From the NCBI GenBank assembly GCA_043771685.1, contig JAYVGX010000034.1, forward strand, positions 11,690-75,689: 64,000 nt of DNA. The letters run 5' to 3'. Origin of the DNA: Minisyncoccota bacterium (GTDB lineage Bacteria; Patescibacteriota; Minisyncoccia; Phycocordibacterales; UBA9973). A program made the position numbers and the translations under genes. The number at the start of each line of letters is the position of its first letter. Position 1 is the stretch's first letter. Below are positions 39,101-48,049 of the stretch, piece after piece. A model generated the notes under the pieces. The model did not search any database. It was not told where the DNA came from and saw nothing but the letters and a program-made list of their open reading frames with translations.

Positions 39101-39209
39101 GAGGTTGCCCAGGATTTATGTCTGGGCCATATACATACTCATAACCCTGACCTTGTAGCCATTCGATGAGAGATTGTTCTGTTAAGTTGTTTTCGTTTAG
39201 TGTGTTCAT
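36177..39209 (-). CDS. hsdR: Type I restriction enzyme R subunit.
   Basis: 1010 aa. N-terminal nuclease domain, SF2 helicase motifs (TQGSGKSL; DEAHRTQYS), and a type I R C-terminal domain. Confidence 0.9.
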   Translation of the reverse strand: MNTLNENNLTEQSLIEWLQGQGYEYVYGPDINPGQPRAEREDFRGVVLKDRLLGAIRRINPSLPAEQAEMVVKDIADYHHNDLMLGNKEFYSWLVNGKKTSWRGNEEEKTDLVKLVDFNNPDSNEFLAVRQFTVQGIDSTCRLDVVVFINGLPIGLFELKSAVHGGATIGEAYRQVERYKKEIPKLFLYNQVIGLSDLINARHGTISSSWERYGTWKGITTPTDAPKNTNQLEVLAKGLFDRTRLLDVLQNFFVFEADGDGEAVTFTKKMCLYHQYYGVNTTVESTLRAVRGEQDHKIGVFWHTQGSGKSLSMVFYVNKTKNIEELKSPAYLFLTDREDLDDQLSKLFARVGYKDVSHRAGSILDLRDQIKQLDNGISRLIFSTIQKFQDYKEEFSYFSQRENIIVLADEAHRTQYSGLAGNVRKALPQASFLAVTGTPVAKEDGQNTQRVFGNIVSEYKLSEAVKDGATVDIIYEARLVPLGIAKEDINSLFDELLGDIVIEEKTKIQKEWTVLEKVVGTQSRIEQIAKDIVQHFNQRPIEGKGMIVTMSRRIAVSLYQEIQKIKDAPECAVVISNSDEYKDSMQKERNTKNLEKRFKSNKDSLRLVIVCDMWLTGFDVPSVHTMYFDKPLKNHGLMQAIARVNRVHKDKPAGLIVDYIGLAENLKKALSMYDGKIDQNAIIQVDDVVQKIQELDEKIKGYFGNLNFNSYKQKSGQELSLLLQEASECVISNNSVLSDDRKMKYFELVSLISKLHASIMPDEKALVFSSNITFYQAIKEYIKKIGYIPGTIFPEEAESAIRNLLDQSMQAEGVINLFGEGKNTKQISIFDKKFEEEIKNVKFKNFAIDATRKLLETEIKARSKNNKARYETMLDLLKKVIEKYENNIISSAEVIKQLLGIADEIKKLDEESHSLGLSPEEITFYDTLQTDPDLKKSGIDIKDFVKELTKRIRRDLTIDWTNNETIKARIRQNVRLLLIQKGITEVMQTERLIESIYMETVRVYREFQPA

Positions 39210-39213
39210 AAAT

Positions 39214-39789
39214 TTATTTTCCAGTTCCGCTTCTTATCGTTTCAATTATTTGAGTTGTTGGCACAGGACTATTCCCGTTTTTAAGATACCCAGTTTCCTG
39301 AACATCAAACATTGTTCTTGTAACCTGTAATAAGATTGCATTCTTTGTCTCTGCGTCATTATCAGATTCCGTACCTCTTACAGAGTCTAAAATTCTTTGA
39401 TGGGAATTAAGAATCAATTGTCTATGTTTATTTATATAATACATGTTCATTTCAGCAGAATAATTTCTAGAGAAGTGGGCGACCAAGTAACCTCCCGCAG
39501 AAATGATCACTAATTTTAATAAAACATTTTGTTCTAAAATTGTATTCCAAATTCTTTGAAAGAAAGTTCCATCACCATCTATGGATAACTGTTTCCCAAA
39601 AACGAATATACAAGCCATAAGGGCTGTAAAAATAAGTGAGCTAAACATTCCTAGTGAATTCTTATCAGCCTTCTGTTTATTACCCAAAAAAGAGTATTTT
39701 TTGAAACTGAATATTTTCCATCTAAATAAATTAAACCCTTCTTCTGTGAATTCACCCTCAGCCATTCTTTCAAATTCTCTACCGTACAA
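39214..39789 (-). CDS. Hypothetical two-TM protein, likely the C-terminal portion of a frameshifted larger gene.
   Basis: TM hairpin LGMFSSLIFTALMACIFVFG ... LLKLVIISAGGYLVAHF. The frame stays open upstream to 39881 without a start codon. Confidence 0.4.
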   Translation of the reverse strand: MYGREFERMAEGEFTEEGFNLFRWKIFSFKKYSFLGNKQKADKNSLGMFSSLIFTALMACIFVFGKQLSIDGDGTFFQRIWNTILEQNVLLKLVIISAGGYLVAHFSRNYSAEMNMYYINKHRQLILNSHQRILDSVRGTESDNDAETKNAILLQVTRTMFDVQETGYLKNGNSPVPTTQIIETIRSGTGK

Positions 39790-39881
39790 TCTAACTTCTT
39801 GACCTTCTGCGATTGTTCCACTAACTTCTACTGACTTCTGAACTTTTTTAGTTAATTCATTTACAGTTTTAAGATTGTCCT

Positions 39882-40286
39882 CTAATTCTTTAGATTTTTT
39901 TCTAAATCTTTTTGTCTAACATCGTTTGCTGGATCTGCAAATTGTAAATAAGTTAAAATTGGATTTAATTGAGATATAATAGATTCTTCCTTTTGTCTTA
40001 CGAAAGCTAATTTTGATTCTCTTTGATTTACATCACTGTAACTATCAATAATTTGTGAATTAAGTTCAGAGATTAGGTTAGTCAAAACATTCTCAAAAGT
40101 TCTCTCATAATTAGGAATCTGTTCTAGTGTTAGTTTATAGCTAAAAATTCTATCGATGATAGTTTTTATTCTTTGTAAATTAGGTTCAATGCTTGTTAAC
40201 TCACCAGCTTCTCCAAGGTTATTTCTAAGAAGTTTTTGCCAATCCAAGTTCTTGTATTTTTCTATGATTTCTTGATTTATTGCCAT
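39882..40286 (-). CDS. Hypothetical helical protein of 134 aa, likely the N-terminal portion of the same frameshifted gene.
   Basis: Ends ...QKDLEKNLKN* just after an A7 tract. An A8 tract would read through as ...QKDLEKKSKELEDNLKTVNELTKK... into the 39214-39789 frame. Confidence 0.4.
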   Translation of the reverse strand: MAINQEIIEKYKNLDWQKLLRNNLGEAGELTSIEPNLQRIKTIIDRIFSYKLTLEQIPNYERTFENVLTNLISELNSQIIDSYSDVNQRESKLAFVRQKEESIISQLNPILTYLQFADPANDVRQKDLEKNLKN

Positions 40287-40291
40287 AAAAT

Positions 40292-41527
40292 TTAAATTAA
40301 TTTTGCTAATAATTGATCTCTCGACTGTTTAAGATTTTTAGATTCATTTTGTATAACATTCATCATTTGAAAAAGAGGTTTTATTTTTTTAATAAATTCA
40401 CCAAAAATTTCTTTTTCAGGAACAGTAATTTTTATATTCTTGATTGTTTTTGAATTAACGGCTGTTGCAATCGATGAAGTACTTCCTAATGAATCATAGT
40501 TATAACTTTTCATTATAAGGTATAGATATTCTGTAGATATAAACGAGCCATCTCTAATCTTGAGATGAGCGATTGCTTCATTTGATAACATTTCTTCTGT
40601 CGTAATAGCAACCTTACCCATAGTCAACTTAAAACTAACAACTAATGTCCCCTTAGGGATTATGGGGATATTAAATTTATTAACCGCTTCTCGGGTCAGA
40701 CATTCATCGGTATGTGATATAAAAATACCTCCAACTCCGAGATCTCTAATAGAGATCCATTTTATATCTTTAGGATTTTTTGAAAACCATTCTTGTTCCT
40801 GCCTTGGAGGAGTTCTTCCAATTGAAATATCACATATATTATCAAGACTATCAATTGTCCATCCCTCAGGAATTTCTCCCATCTCGCTCTCAATCATTTT
40901 CACTTTTTCATATCCAGGAAATTTGAAATTCACAAACCATTCATTAAAAATAGTCTGAGCAGTAAGTTCGAGATTTTTAATTATTATATTATTATTTTCA
41001 ATCTTTGAATCATATGCATTTAAGATTGAAGCAATTTTTTCCTGAGTCTCAAAATCTGGAATATAGAATGTATAATCTCGCAACTGACCTAAGGATACAT
41101 TTTTTATTGTGCTACCGTTAGCATTACTGTCTATGTGTTTTTGAAATCTCTGATCTAGTAAAACATAATACATATAATCTAAAACAAACTCCCTCTTCAC
41201 ATTAATATAACAAGCACTTTTACCAAGAATACATTTTTCACCTCTATATTTTGCCAAATTACCGATTGTCCCATTAATTGATAGCAAGAGCGTTTCTGTG
41301 CCTAAATCTTTTTTATGTTTTAGGTACTCTGACTCGCTAATTCTTTTGGTTTCTTTCTTAATTGAAATGTGCCCATTGTCCAAATTATTACCATTAATAA
41401 AATAGAATTCACCATTATCCTCATATTGAGGAGTTCCGTGCAACCCATCTCCAATTCTAATTGCAATATCAGCTAATGTAACTTCTTTTCTTTTAGTCTT
41501 ATTTATTTGTTCTAATAATTTACTCAT
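40292..41527 (-). CDS. hsdS: Type I restriction-modification specificity subunit.
   Basis: Two target-recognition domains, each followed by conserved helical repeats (...LGQLRDYTFYIPDFETQEKIASILN...; C-terminal ...LKQSRDQLLAKLI). Confidence 0.85.
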   Translation of the reverse strand: MSKLLEQINKTKRKEVTLADIAIRIGDGLHGTPQYEDNGEFYFINGNNLDNGHISIKKETKRISESEYLKHKKDLGTETLLLSINGTIGNLAKYRGEKCILGKSACYINVKREFVLDYMYYVLLDQRFQKHIDSNANGSTIKNVSLGQLRDYTFYIPDFETQEKIASILNAYDSKIENNNIIIKNLELTAQTIFNEWFVNFKFPGYEKVKMIESEMGEIPEGWTIDSLDNICDISIGRTPPRQEQEWFSKNPKDIKWISIRDLGVGGIFISHTDECLTREAVNKFNIPIIPKGTLVVSFKLTMGKVAITTEEMLSNEAIAHLKIRDGSFISTEYLYLIMKSYNYDSLGSTSSIATAVNSKTIKNIKITVPEKEIFGEFIKKIKPLFQMMNVIQNESKNLKQSRDQLLAKLI

Positions 41528-41531
41528 ATAT

Positions 41532-42428
41532 TTATTCTTTAAATTTCATCCTAATATCCCTATCCAAAGGCAGTTGTTTTAAAAATGTCAGTATTTCTTG
41601 TTGTGTCGGTTTTTTGACATTAGTAACAAAATAATCTTTTTGGAAAATCGGCTTTCCCTTCACTGCACACTCGTCTACTAGAGATTCAATAAACTCTGCG
41701 GGAACAGCGTCAAATGACAAGAGGGCGGTGATAAGCACATATTCATGAAATGCTTCAGCATCTTCAATTTCAACTTTTATGCGTGTAGAAATTGCTCTCA
41801 GCGTCTTGATAAATGAGATTGCTGATTGTTTTTTAAAATTAAAATTCTTTTCAAATACGCATACGATAAAAAAGCGCATTTTGTTATTTTTTCCTCCTGA
41901 GGAGCTACCAATTAATGATTCACTTTCCCAGAGTTGATCCTCAACCATATCTACAACACCAGCTTTCTCATTCCAAACAAAGTTTCTATCATCTGAAATA
42001 GTATCCCTGATAATTCCAAATGTACTTTCTTTTTGTATTCCACATTCCTTAATAACAAAGGTATGCATTCGTATAAGTGTTTGAATAGTCATATCCGCCT
42101 GTTTTCGAGCAAATCTTTTTGATTCTTCATCTTGTAACTCAATCTCACCAGCAGAAACGACATATCCAAACTTGTCGCGATTTTCAGCATGATCAAGAAG
42201 TTGTAGTATCGGTTCGTCATCTAAAAATTGTTTTCGATTTTTCTTTATATACTCAAATGTAAAAGGATTTATTTCTGCTTCAACCACGAGAAAAACTCGA
42301 CTAATACTATCGTCTAAAATTCTCGTTTCTTCAGATAAACGAACTTGCGAATACGGACCGTCCTCACCCCACATTTTTTTGTAATCTGTTTGTGTGAGCT
42401 TTTTCTGTTGTTTGTTATCGTTTTTCAT
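41532..42428 (-). CDS. Hypothetical cytoplasmic protein of 298 aa embedded between rhuM and hsdS.
   Basis: Clean ORF tightly packed in the hsd operon (4-nt and 2-nt gaps). No family recognised. Confidence 0.4.
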   Translation of the reverse strand: MKNDNKQQKKLTQTDYKKMWGEDGPYSQVRLSEETRILDDSISRVFLVVEAEINPFTFEYIKKNRKQFLDDEPILQLLDHAENRDKFGYVVSAGEIELQDEESKRFARKQADMTIQTLIRMHTFVIKECGIQKESTFGIIRDTISDDRNFVWNEKAGVVDMVEDQLWESESLIGSSSGGKNNKMRFFIVCVFEKNFNFKKQSAISFIKTLRAISTRIKVEIEDAEAFHEYVLITALLSFDAVPAEFIESLVDECAVKGKPIFQKDYFVTNVKKPTQQEILTFLKQLPLDRDIRMKFKE

Positions 42429-42429
42429 A

Positions 42430-43551
42430 TTATTTTTTATTTTTTTGAACTGTCAACTTTTTGTTGATACTTGATTTTTCCAAAAGTTTTTTTACTTCTT
42501 TGTCAAAATCAGAAATATGTTTTTTATCTTGCTCTACTCGATATTTTTCGTATTCTTGTAATGCTAGTGCTTCCGCCACTTCGTGACTAATTTTTCCATT
42601 ATCTTGTAATATTTGTTCCTCATTAAATTTCAAAAATGAATCGAGTTTTTTCACCCAATCTTTCATTTTCATGAGTATCCCTTTCTTTGCCTGTATTTCT
42701 GCATAGTCCAAATACATAGTCACAATTCTATTAAGAAAATCTAGTTCTTTTTCTTGTAAGTAATTTTTTGCTATAATTACATCATTTTCACGAATAAGAC
42801 CATTTGGTGAATTCTTCCAACTCATCAAGCCAATATTTTCTTTTTTACTACTAACTCTACTATAAACAATCTCTGCAGCGGTTTGACCCGTAATTGCAAA
42901 GTGTAATTTATTTTGTACGGTAGCAAAAAACAGTTTCGTTATTTTATTAGTAGGATCATAGTCTGCACTACATTGTGAATAAATATCAGTAACTTTCTGA
43001 TACATACGCCTTTCACTTGATCGAATGTTTCTTATTCTCGCAAGTTGTTCTTCAAAATAATCAATACCGAAAATAGTATCAGTATTTTTAAGTCTCTCAT
43101 CGTCCATAGTAAAACCTTTGATAATGTATTCTTTTAATCTTTCTGTGGCCCAAATTCTAAATTGTGTTGCTTGTGAACTGTTTACACGATACCCAACTGA
43201 TAGGATAGCGTCTAAATTATAAAATTTTACAAACTGATTTTGTGTTTTTCCTACAATAGCTCCATGGATAGTGGTATGTTCCAAAATGGAACTAACCAGT
43301 TTTTCGTCTAATTCTCCACTTTCGAAAATATTCTTTAAGTGTTTAGTGATTGCTGGTCTTTGTACTCCAAAAAGGAGAGCTATTTTTTCTTGTGTCAGCC
43401 AGATATTTTCATCACGCAAAAATATATCTACTTTTACCTTTCCATTTGGTGTGGTGTAGAGCAGAAACTCTGTAAAACTATTATTTGGTACAATTTTTGT
43501 AATCTTTTTTTTCATATAATTAAAATCCAAGTTCTTTAAGATTTTTCTCAA
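42430..43551 (-). CDS. rhuM: RhuM-family protein.
   Basis: NLDAILSVGYRVNSSQATQFRIWATERLKEYIIKGF. It overlaps the hsdM 3' end by 32 nt. Confidence 0.75.
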   Translation of the reverse strand: MRKILKNLDFNYMKKKITKIVPNNSFTEFLLYTTPNGKVKVDIFLRDENIWLTQEKIALLFGVQRPAITKHLKNIFESGELDEKLVSSILEHTTIHGAIVGKTQNQFVKFYNLDAILSVGYRVNSSQATQFRIWATERLKEYIIKGFTMDDERLKNTDTIFGIDYFEEQLARIRNIRSSERRMYQKVTDIYSQCSADYDPTNKITKLFFATVQNKLHFAITGQTAAEIVYSRVSSKKENIGLMSWKNSPNGLIRENDVIIAKNYLQEKELDFLNRIVTMYLDYAEIQAKKGILMKMKDWVKKLDSFLKFNEEQILQDNGKISHEVAEALALQEYEKYRVEQDKKHISDFDKEVKKLLEKSSINKKLTVQKNKK

Positions 43552-45313
43552 TTTCTTTTTCTAATTCACGACCAACAGTAAAAGCTTCTCGAAGTTCACT
43601 TGAAAGTTTCTGCATTTTTTCTTCAAAAGAAATTCCATCATCTTCTACATCAGTAAGCCCAACATATCTGCCAGGAGTAAGAGTGTATCCGTTCTTTTTT
43701 ATTTCTTCTAGGTTGGCAGATTTACAGAAGCCTGAAATATCTTCATATTTCCCAGCCCCTGATTCTCCACGCCATGCACGGACTGTATCTGTAATTTTTG
43801 CAATCTGTTCTTTACTAAAGATAACTTGCTTGCGAGAAATCTGTTCAAATGTATCTCGTGCATCAATGAATAATGTTTCTCCCTTGCGTTTGCGAAAACG
43901 GTCACCATTTTTATTTTTAGATAAGAACCATAGAGACACGGGTAGTCCAACATTATAGAAAAGTTTGGATGGACAAGAGATGATGACATCTACCATATCA
44001 GCTTCAATAAGCTTTTGACGAATTTCTCCTTCTTTACCTGATACAGCAAGTGCTCCATTGGGCATAACGAATCCTGCCTGACCATTAGGTGAAAGGTGGT
44101 GAGCGAAGTGTTGTACCCAAAGAAAGTTTGCATTACCTGATGGAGGTGTTCCTAAAAATATTCTTGGATCATTGTCAGAAAGTTTTAATGGTTCCCATTC
44201 TGCGTTAAAGGGAGGGTTCGCAATTACGAAATCTGCCTGTAGGTGTGGGAACTTATCTTGATAGTAAGTATTACCAAGTTCAATCTTTCCAGAGAGTCCA
44301 CGAATAGCTAGGTTCATCTTGCAAAGGCGAAGTGTAGTTTGGTTGCTTTCTTGTCCACTAATAGCAAGTTTTGATGGATCCATTTTATGGTCTCGCAAAT
44401 ACTCACCCATAGATACAAACATTCCTCCACTGCCACAAGCAAAGTCTGCCACACGAGCATTTTCGTAAGGTTGAAGTATTTCAACAAGTAATTTAACGAT
44501 TGATCTTGGTGTAAAAAACTCGCCTCCACGCTTTCCCTCTGATGAAGCAAATTGACCTAGGAAGTATTCATAGATTCTTCCAAGAATATCTTTCTCCCGA
44601 TCAAAGTCATGATCAAAAGATATTTGTGAAAAAATATTAACAAGTTCACCAAGAACGGTATGATCAAGATTTACTTTTGTGTATACACGAGGTAGGACAT
44701 TTTCAAGTTGTACAGGATTATCTTTCTCAATCAACTCCATTGCGGTATCCAAAACCTTTCCGAGATCAGGACTCATGGTTTTTGTTTGCAAAAATTCCCA
44801 ACGAGATTTTTCTGGAACATAGAATACCCCTTCAGCTGTATAAAAATCTTTTGTTTCAAGAATAGACTTCCGAGCTTCTTCTGTTGGGACATAGAAGTCT
44901 TCATCCTTCGGGTCTTTAGTTTTTAAAGTTAGAACTTCACGCTGTTTATAAAATGAGTCTGATATATATTTCAAAAATAAAAGTCCAAGTACAATATTTT
45001 TATACTCGGACACGTCAACATTACCTCGTAATTTATCTGCCGCCATCCAAAGCTCTTTTTCAAAGCTGAGGTCGTGGTGTTGGTTTTTATCTAAAACTTT
45101 CTTTGTGACGCTCTTTTGCTGTTCACTAATACGATTCTGTATTTCTTCTGAGAGCGAAGCCTTTGGGATTAAGTAAGTTGGTTTAGAGGGGTCTCCTATA
45201 TTTTCAGCTGTAATTTCACCCTTTTTGATCTTTTGATGAACGGCTATACGGCTAATACCCAACATCTTTGCGAGTTGTGTAGGGGTTACAAATTGTGATT
45301 TATCGATTGACAT
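43520..45313 (-). CDS. hsdM: Type I restriction-modification N6-adenine methyltransferase subunit with an N-terminal HTH.
   Basis: HsdM N-domain, SAM-binding DFACGSGGMF, and catalytic FVIANPPFN. Confidence 0.9.
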   Translation of the reverse strand: MSIDKSQFVTPTQLAKMLGISRIAVHQKIKKGEITAENIGDPSKPTYLIPKASLSEEIQNRISEQQKSVTKKVLDKNQHHDLSFEKELWMAADKLRGNVDVSEYKNIVLGLLFLKYISDSFYKQREVLTLKTKDPKDEDFYVPTEEARKSILETKDFYTAEGVFYVPEKSRWEFLQTKTMSPDLGKVLDTAMELIEKDNPVQLENVLPRVYTKVNLDHTVLGELVNIFSQISFDHDFDREKDILGRIYEYFLGQFASSEGKRGGEFFTPRSIVKLLVEILQPYENARVADFACGSGGMFVSMGEYLRDHKMDPSKLAISGQESNQTTLRLCKMNLAIRGLSGKIELGNTYYQDKFPHLQADFVIANPPFNAEWEPLKLSDNDPRIFLGTPPSGNANFLWVQHFAHHLSPNGQAGFVMPNGALAVSGKEGEIRQKLIEADMVDVIISCPSKLFYNVGLPVSLWFLSKNKNGDRFRKRKGETLFIDARDTFEQISRKQVIFSKEQIAKITDTVRAWRGESGAGKYEDISGFCKSANLEEIKKNGYTLTPGRYVGLTDVEDDGISFEEKMQKLSSELREAFTVGRELEKEIEKNLKELGF

Positions 45314-45359
45314 GTGTTAAGTATAGCATAATATCTCGAATAATGCAACTTAACACATG
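45311..45359. promoter_or_regulatory. 12-bp perfect inverted repeat (CATGTGTTAAGT..25 nt..ACTTAACACATG) spanning the hsdM start codon and 5' leader.
   Basis: Direct reading. The left arm includes the hsdM ATG (minus-strand sense). Confidence 0.3.
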
Positions 45360-45373
45360 TAAAGTTACCAATT

Positions 45374-45862
45374 CTATTCTAAATAAGAGTCGAAGTATAT
45401 GGCGTGACAGGTGTATCCACCGGGGTTATTTACTAGGTAGTCTTGATGGTAGTCTTCGGCTTTGTAGAAAGTGCCGAGTTGCTCGAGAGTGGTCACCACT
45501 TTATCATTCCAGCGTTTTGAATTGTTTACAATATTTATAAAATCCTCCCCTTCCTTTTTCTCTTCCTCGTTCCCATAAAATATCGCAGAGCGATATGAAG
45601 TACCCTTGTCATTGCCTTGTTGATTTAAAGTTGTCGGATTATGAATCTGAAAGAAAAAGTCCAAAAGATTTTTATATGATGTTTTTGTCGGATCATATTC
45701 TATCTCTACTGCTTCGGCATGACCGGGATGATTCTCATAACTTGGGTTATTATTTTCCCCTCCAGTGTAACCGACTTCGGTATTTACTACTCCTGGTTGT
45801 TTACGAATCAAATCCTCCAGCCCCCAGAAACATCCACCTGCGAGTATTATTTTTTTATTCAT
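45374..45862 (-). CDS. msrA: Peptide methionine sulfoxide reductase MsrA.
   Basis: [11 protein letters not shown] active-site motif. Confidence 0.9.
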   Translation of the reverse strand: MNKKIILAGGCFWGLEDLIRKQPGVVNTEVGYTGGENNNPSYENHPGHAEAVEIEYDPTKTSYKNLLDFFFQIHNPTTLNQQGNDKGTSYRSAIFYGNEEEKKEGEDFINIVNNSKRWNDKVVTTLEQLGTFYKAEDYHQDYLVNNPGGYTCHAIYFDSYLE

Positions 45863-46220
45863 CTGATTTACCTGAAATAAACTTCATCGATATTGAATTC
45901 ACACAATGACGAATATTCTTTTCTGTTAATCCTTCACCAGTGAACAAATGACCTAAATGTCCACCGCATTTTTTACAAGTTATTTCTGTACGCATACCAT
46001 CCTTGTCTACACTTTTATGAACTGCTCCGGTTATCTCATCATCGAAACTAGGCCAGCCACAAGTAGACTCGAATTTACTATGAGAATCATATAATGGGGC
46101 ATCACACTGTCTACAGACATATACGCCATTTTCTTTATTGTTTACGTATTCTCCTGTGAATCGAGCTTCTGTGCCTTTATCTAAAATAATTCTTTTTTCT
46201 TCTGCTGTTAGTTCGTTCAT
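45855..46220 (-). CDS. msrB: Peptide methionine-R-sulfoxide reductase MsrB.
   Basis: CxxC zinc motifs (CRQCDAPL; [12 protein letters not shown]) and the catalytic GWPSF region. Confidence 0.9.
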   Translation of the reverse strand: MNELTAEEKRIILDKGTEARFTGEYVNNKENGVYVCRQCDAPLYDSHSKFESTCGWPSFDDEITGAVHKSVDKDGMRTEITCKKCGGHLGHLFTGEGLTEKNIRHCVNSISMKFISGKSDE

Positions 46221-46245
46221 ATATTTTTTTTATTATTTATAAATA

Positions 46246-48048
46246 TTATTTAAATAAATAGAGATATTTTTCATATCCTTCTTTTGTCATTTCTTCTTTG
46301 GGGATAAATTTAAGTGAAGCTGAATTCGTGCAGAATCGACGTCCACCCTCCTCTTTGGGACCATCTAAAAATAGATGTCCGACGTGACCTGCGTCACTAC
46401 GTATCTCTGTGCGAGTAGTCGAGAGTGAATTGTCCTCGTGCATCGTCACAGAATCGTCATCTATAGTTTTCCAAAAGCTCGGCCAACCTGTACCTGAGTC
46501 GTACTTGTGTGTACTAGAAAATAGTGGTTTGCCTGTGACTTTATCAACATAGATTCCATGGGCTTTGTTGTCCCAGTATGCATTCTTGAACGGTGATTCT
46601 GTGCCCCCTTCGGCTACAATATGGTATGCCAATGGGTCCAAATTTTTTAGCATCTCTGCTATCTCTTCATGAGTGTAATCGTAATCGCCTCTCTTTTGTG
46701 TAGTGCTCTTTACAGCACTTTTTGTCTGTTCAGATTGTAGAAACTTTATCGCAGCGTCTTTCGCCCATGTCTCTTCTATAAATCCGGCTCGGCCTGAACC
46801 CTTCTTGTATCGCTCATAATGATCAGATGATTTCTTGTAATAATCTTGGTGATATTCTTCTGCTTTAAAGAACGTAGTGAATGGAAGTATCTCGGTTGCG
46901 ATAGGTTTATCGAACACACCACTTTTACCCAAGCGAATCTTAGCATCTTTGGCAATTATTCCTTGGTCTTCATTCTGGTAGAAAATAGCACTCGTGTATT
47001 GGAATCCGTTATCAGCAAACTGGCCCTTTGTATTGGTCGGATCTATATGAGACCAATAAATGTCCAAGATCTTCTCTGTTGAAATGATACTCGGATCGTA
47101 GGTCACCTGCACGGCTTCACGATGCGAAGTTGTACCCTTTACAACCTTTAGATACGATGCACTCATCTCATCTCCACCTGCATATCCAGAGACTGCATCT
47201 ATGACTCCATTTTCTTCTTGGAAGAATGCTTCTGTACACCAGAAGCAACCACCTGCAAGGGTGATAGTTTCTAATTCTTTGTTTGAAGCAGTACTTTCTT
47301 CTGGAGAATTATTTTTAGGAGCGAAACGCTCTATCAATTTATCTTCTAGCTTGATTGTCGCTCCATAACCAGAGTCTAGGATCAGAGTTTCTATCTTCTT
47401 GTCATATCCAGTAAGGACTGCCAGACCGACGAGGATAATGAGTACCCCAAATATTTTCTTTATTGTGCTTGTTGTTTGCATGTGTGTAGTCACCTTGTTT
47501 ATAATCTTCTGACCAAAATATGCGATCAGGAGAAGTGAAACTGCTAATCCTAAAGTAAATCCGACGAGATACAGTAGTCCTGTAGTAAGTGTAGCAGGTA
47601 GAACAGTAGCAATGATAAATAGATAAGTTGGAGAACAAGTAGTAAAGACTGGACCTAATGCAAGTCCGATGAGCATGTCCCCTTTGTAACTTTTATTTTG
47701 GTAACCTTCTCCAACGATTTTATTACTTGCAATACTTAGTTTGTTTACATATGGTATTCGTGCCCAAAGAGATGGAAATACAATAGCCGTACCAACAAGG
47801 ATGATCACTAGTCCTGAAAAGCTAGTCCAGAAAGATGGAGGGATGTCTATGAATAAGGTTGTCGCTTTTAAAAGTAATGTAAATAGTATGACAGAAAATG
47901 AAAGTGAACCTATAACAACAAATGATCTTTTTGAAATTCCTTTTGATCCAACTTCAGATGCACCTATAACTACAGGGAGTAACGGCAATATACACGGTGC
48001 AAGCACTGTAAATATTCCCGCTAAAATCGATATCAAAAAGAAAATCAT
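46246..48048 (-). CDS. Membrane-anchored triple fusion: CcdA/DsbD-like thiol-disulfide transporter TM domain, then MsrA, then MsrB.
   Basis: N-terminus LAPCILPLLPVVIG (CcdA Cys-containing TM), followed by ITLAGGCFWCTEAFF (MsrA), then C-terminal ...GTGWPSF...RSDAGHVGHLF (MsrB). Confidence 0.8.
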   Translation of the reverse strand: MIFFLISILAGIFTVLAPCILPLLPVVIGASEVGSKGISKRSFVVIGSLSFSVILFTLLLKATTLFIDIPPSFWTSFSGLVIILVGTAIVFPSLWARIPYVNKLSIASNKIVGEGYQNKSYKGDMLIGLALGPVFTTCSPTYLFIIATVLPATLTTGLLYLVGFTLGLAVSLLLIAYFGQKIINKVTTHMQTTSTIKKIFGVLIILVGLAVLTGYDKKIETLILDSGYGATIKLEDKLIERFAPKNNSPEESTASNKELETITLAGGCFWCTEAFFQEENGVIDAVSGYAGGDEMSASYLKVVKGTTSHREAVQVTYDPSIISTEKILDIYWSHIDPTNTKGQFADNGFQYTSAIFYQNEDQGIIAKDAKIRLGKSGVFDKPIATEILPFTTFFKAEEYHQDYYKKSSDHYERYKKGSGRAGFIEETWAKDAAIKFLQSEQTKSAVKSTTQKRGDYDYTHEEIAEMLKNLDPLAYHIVAEGGTESPFKNAYWDNKAHGIYVDKVTGKPLFSSTHKYDSGTGWPSFWKTIDDDSVTMHEDNSLSTTRTEIRSDAGHVGHLFLDGPKEEGGRRFCTNSASLKFIPKEEMTKEGYEKYLYLFK

Positions 48049-48049
48049 A

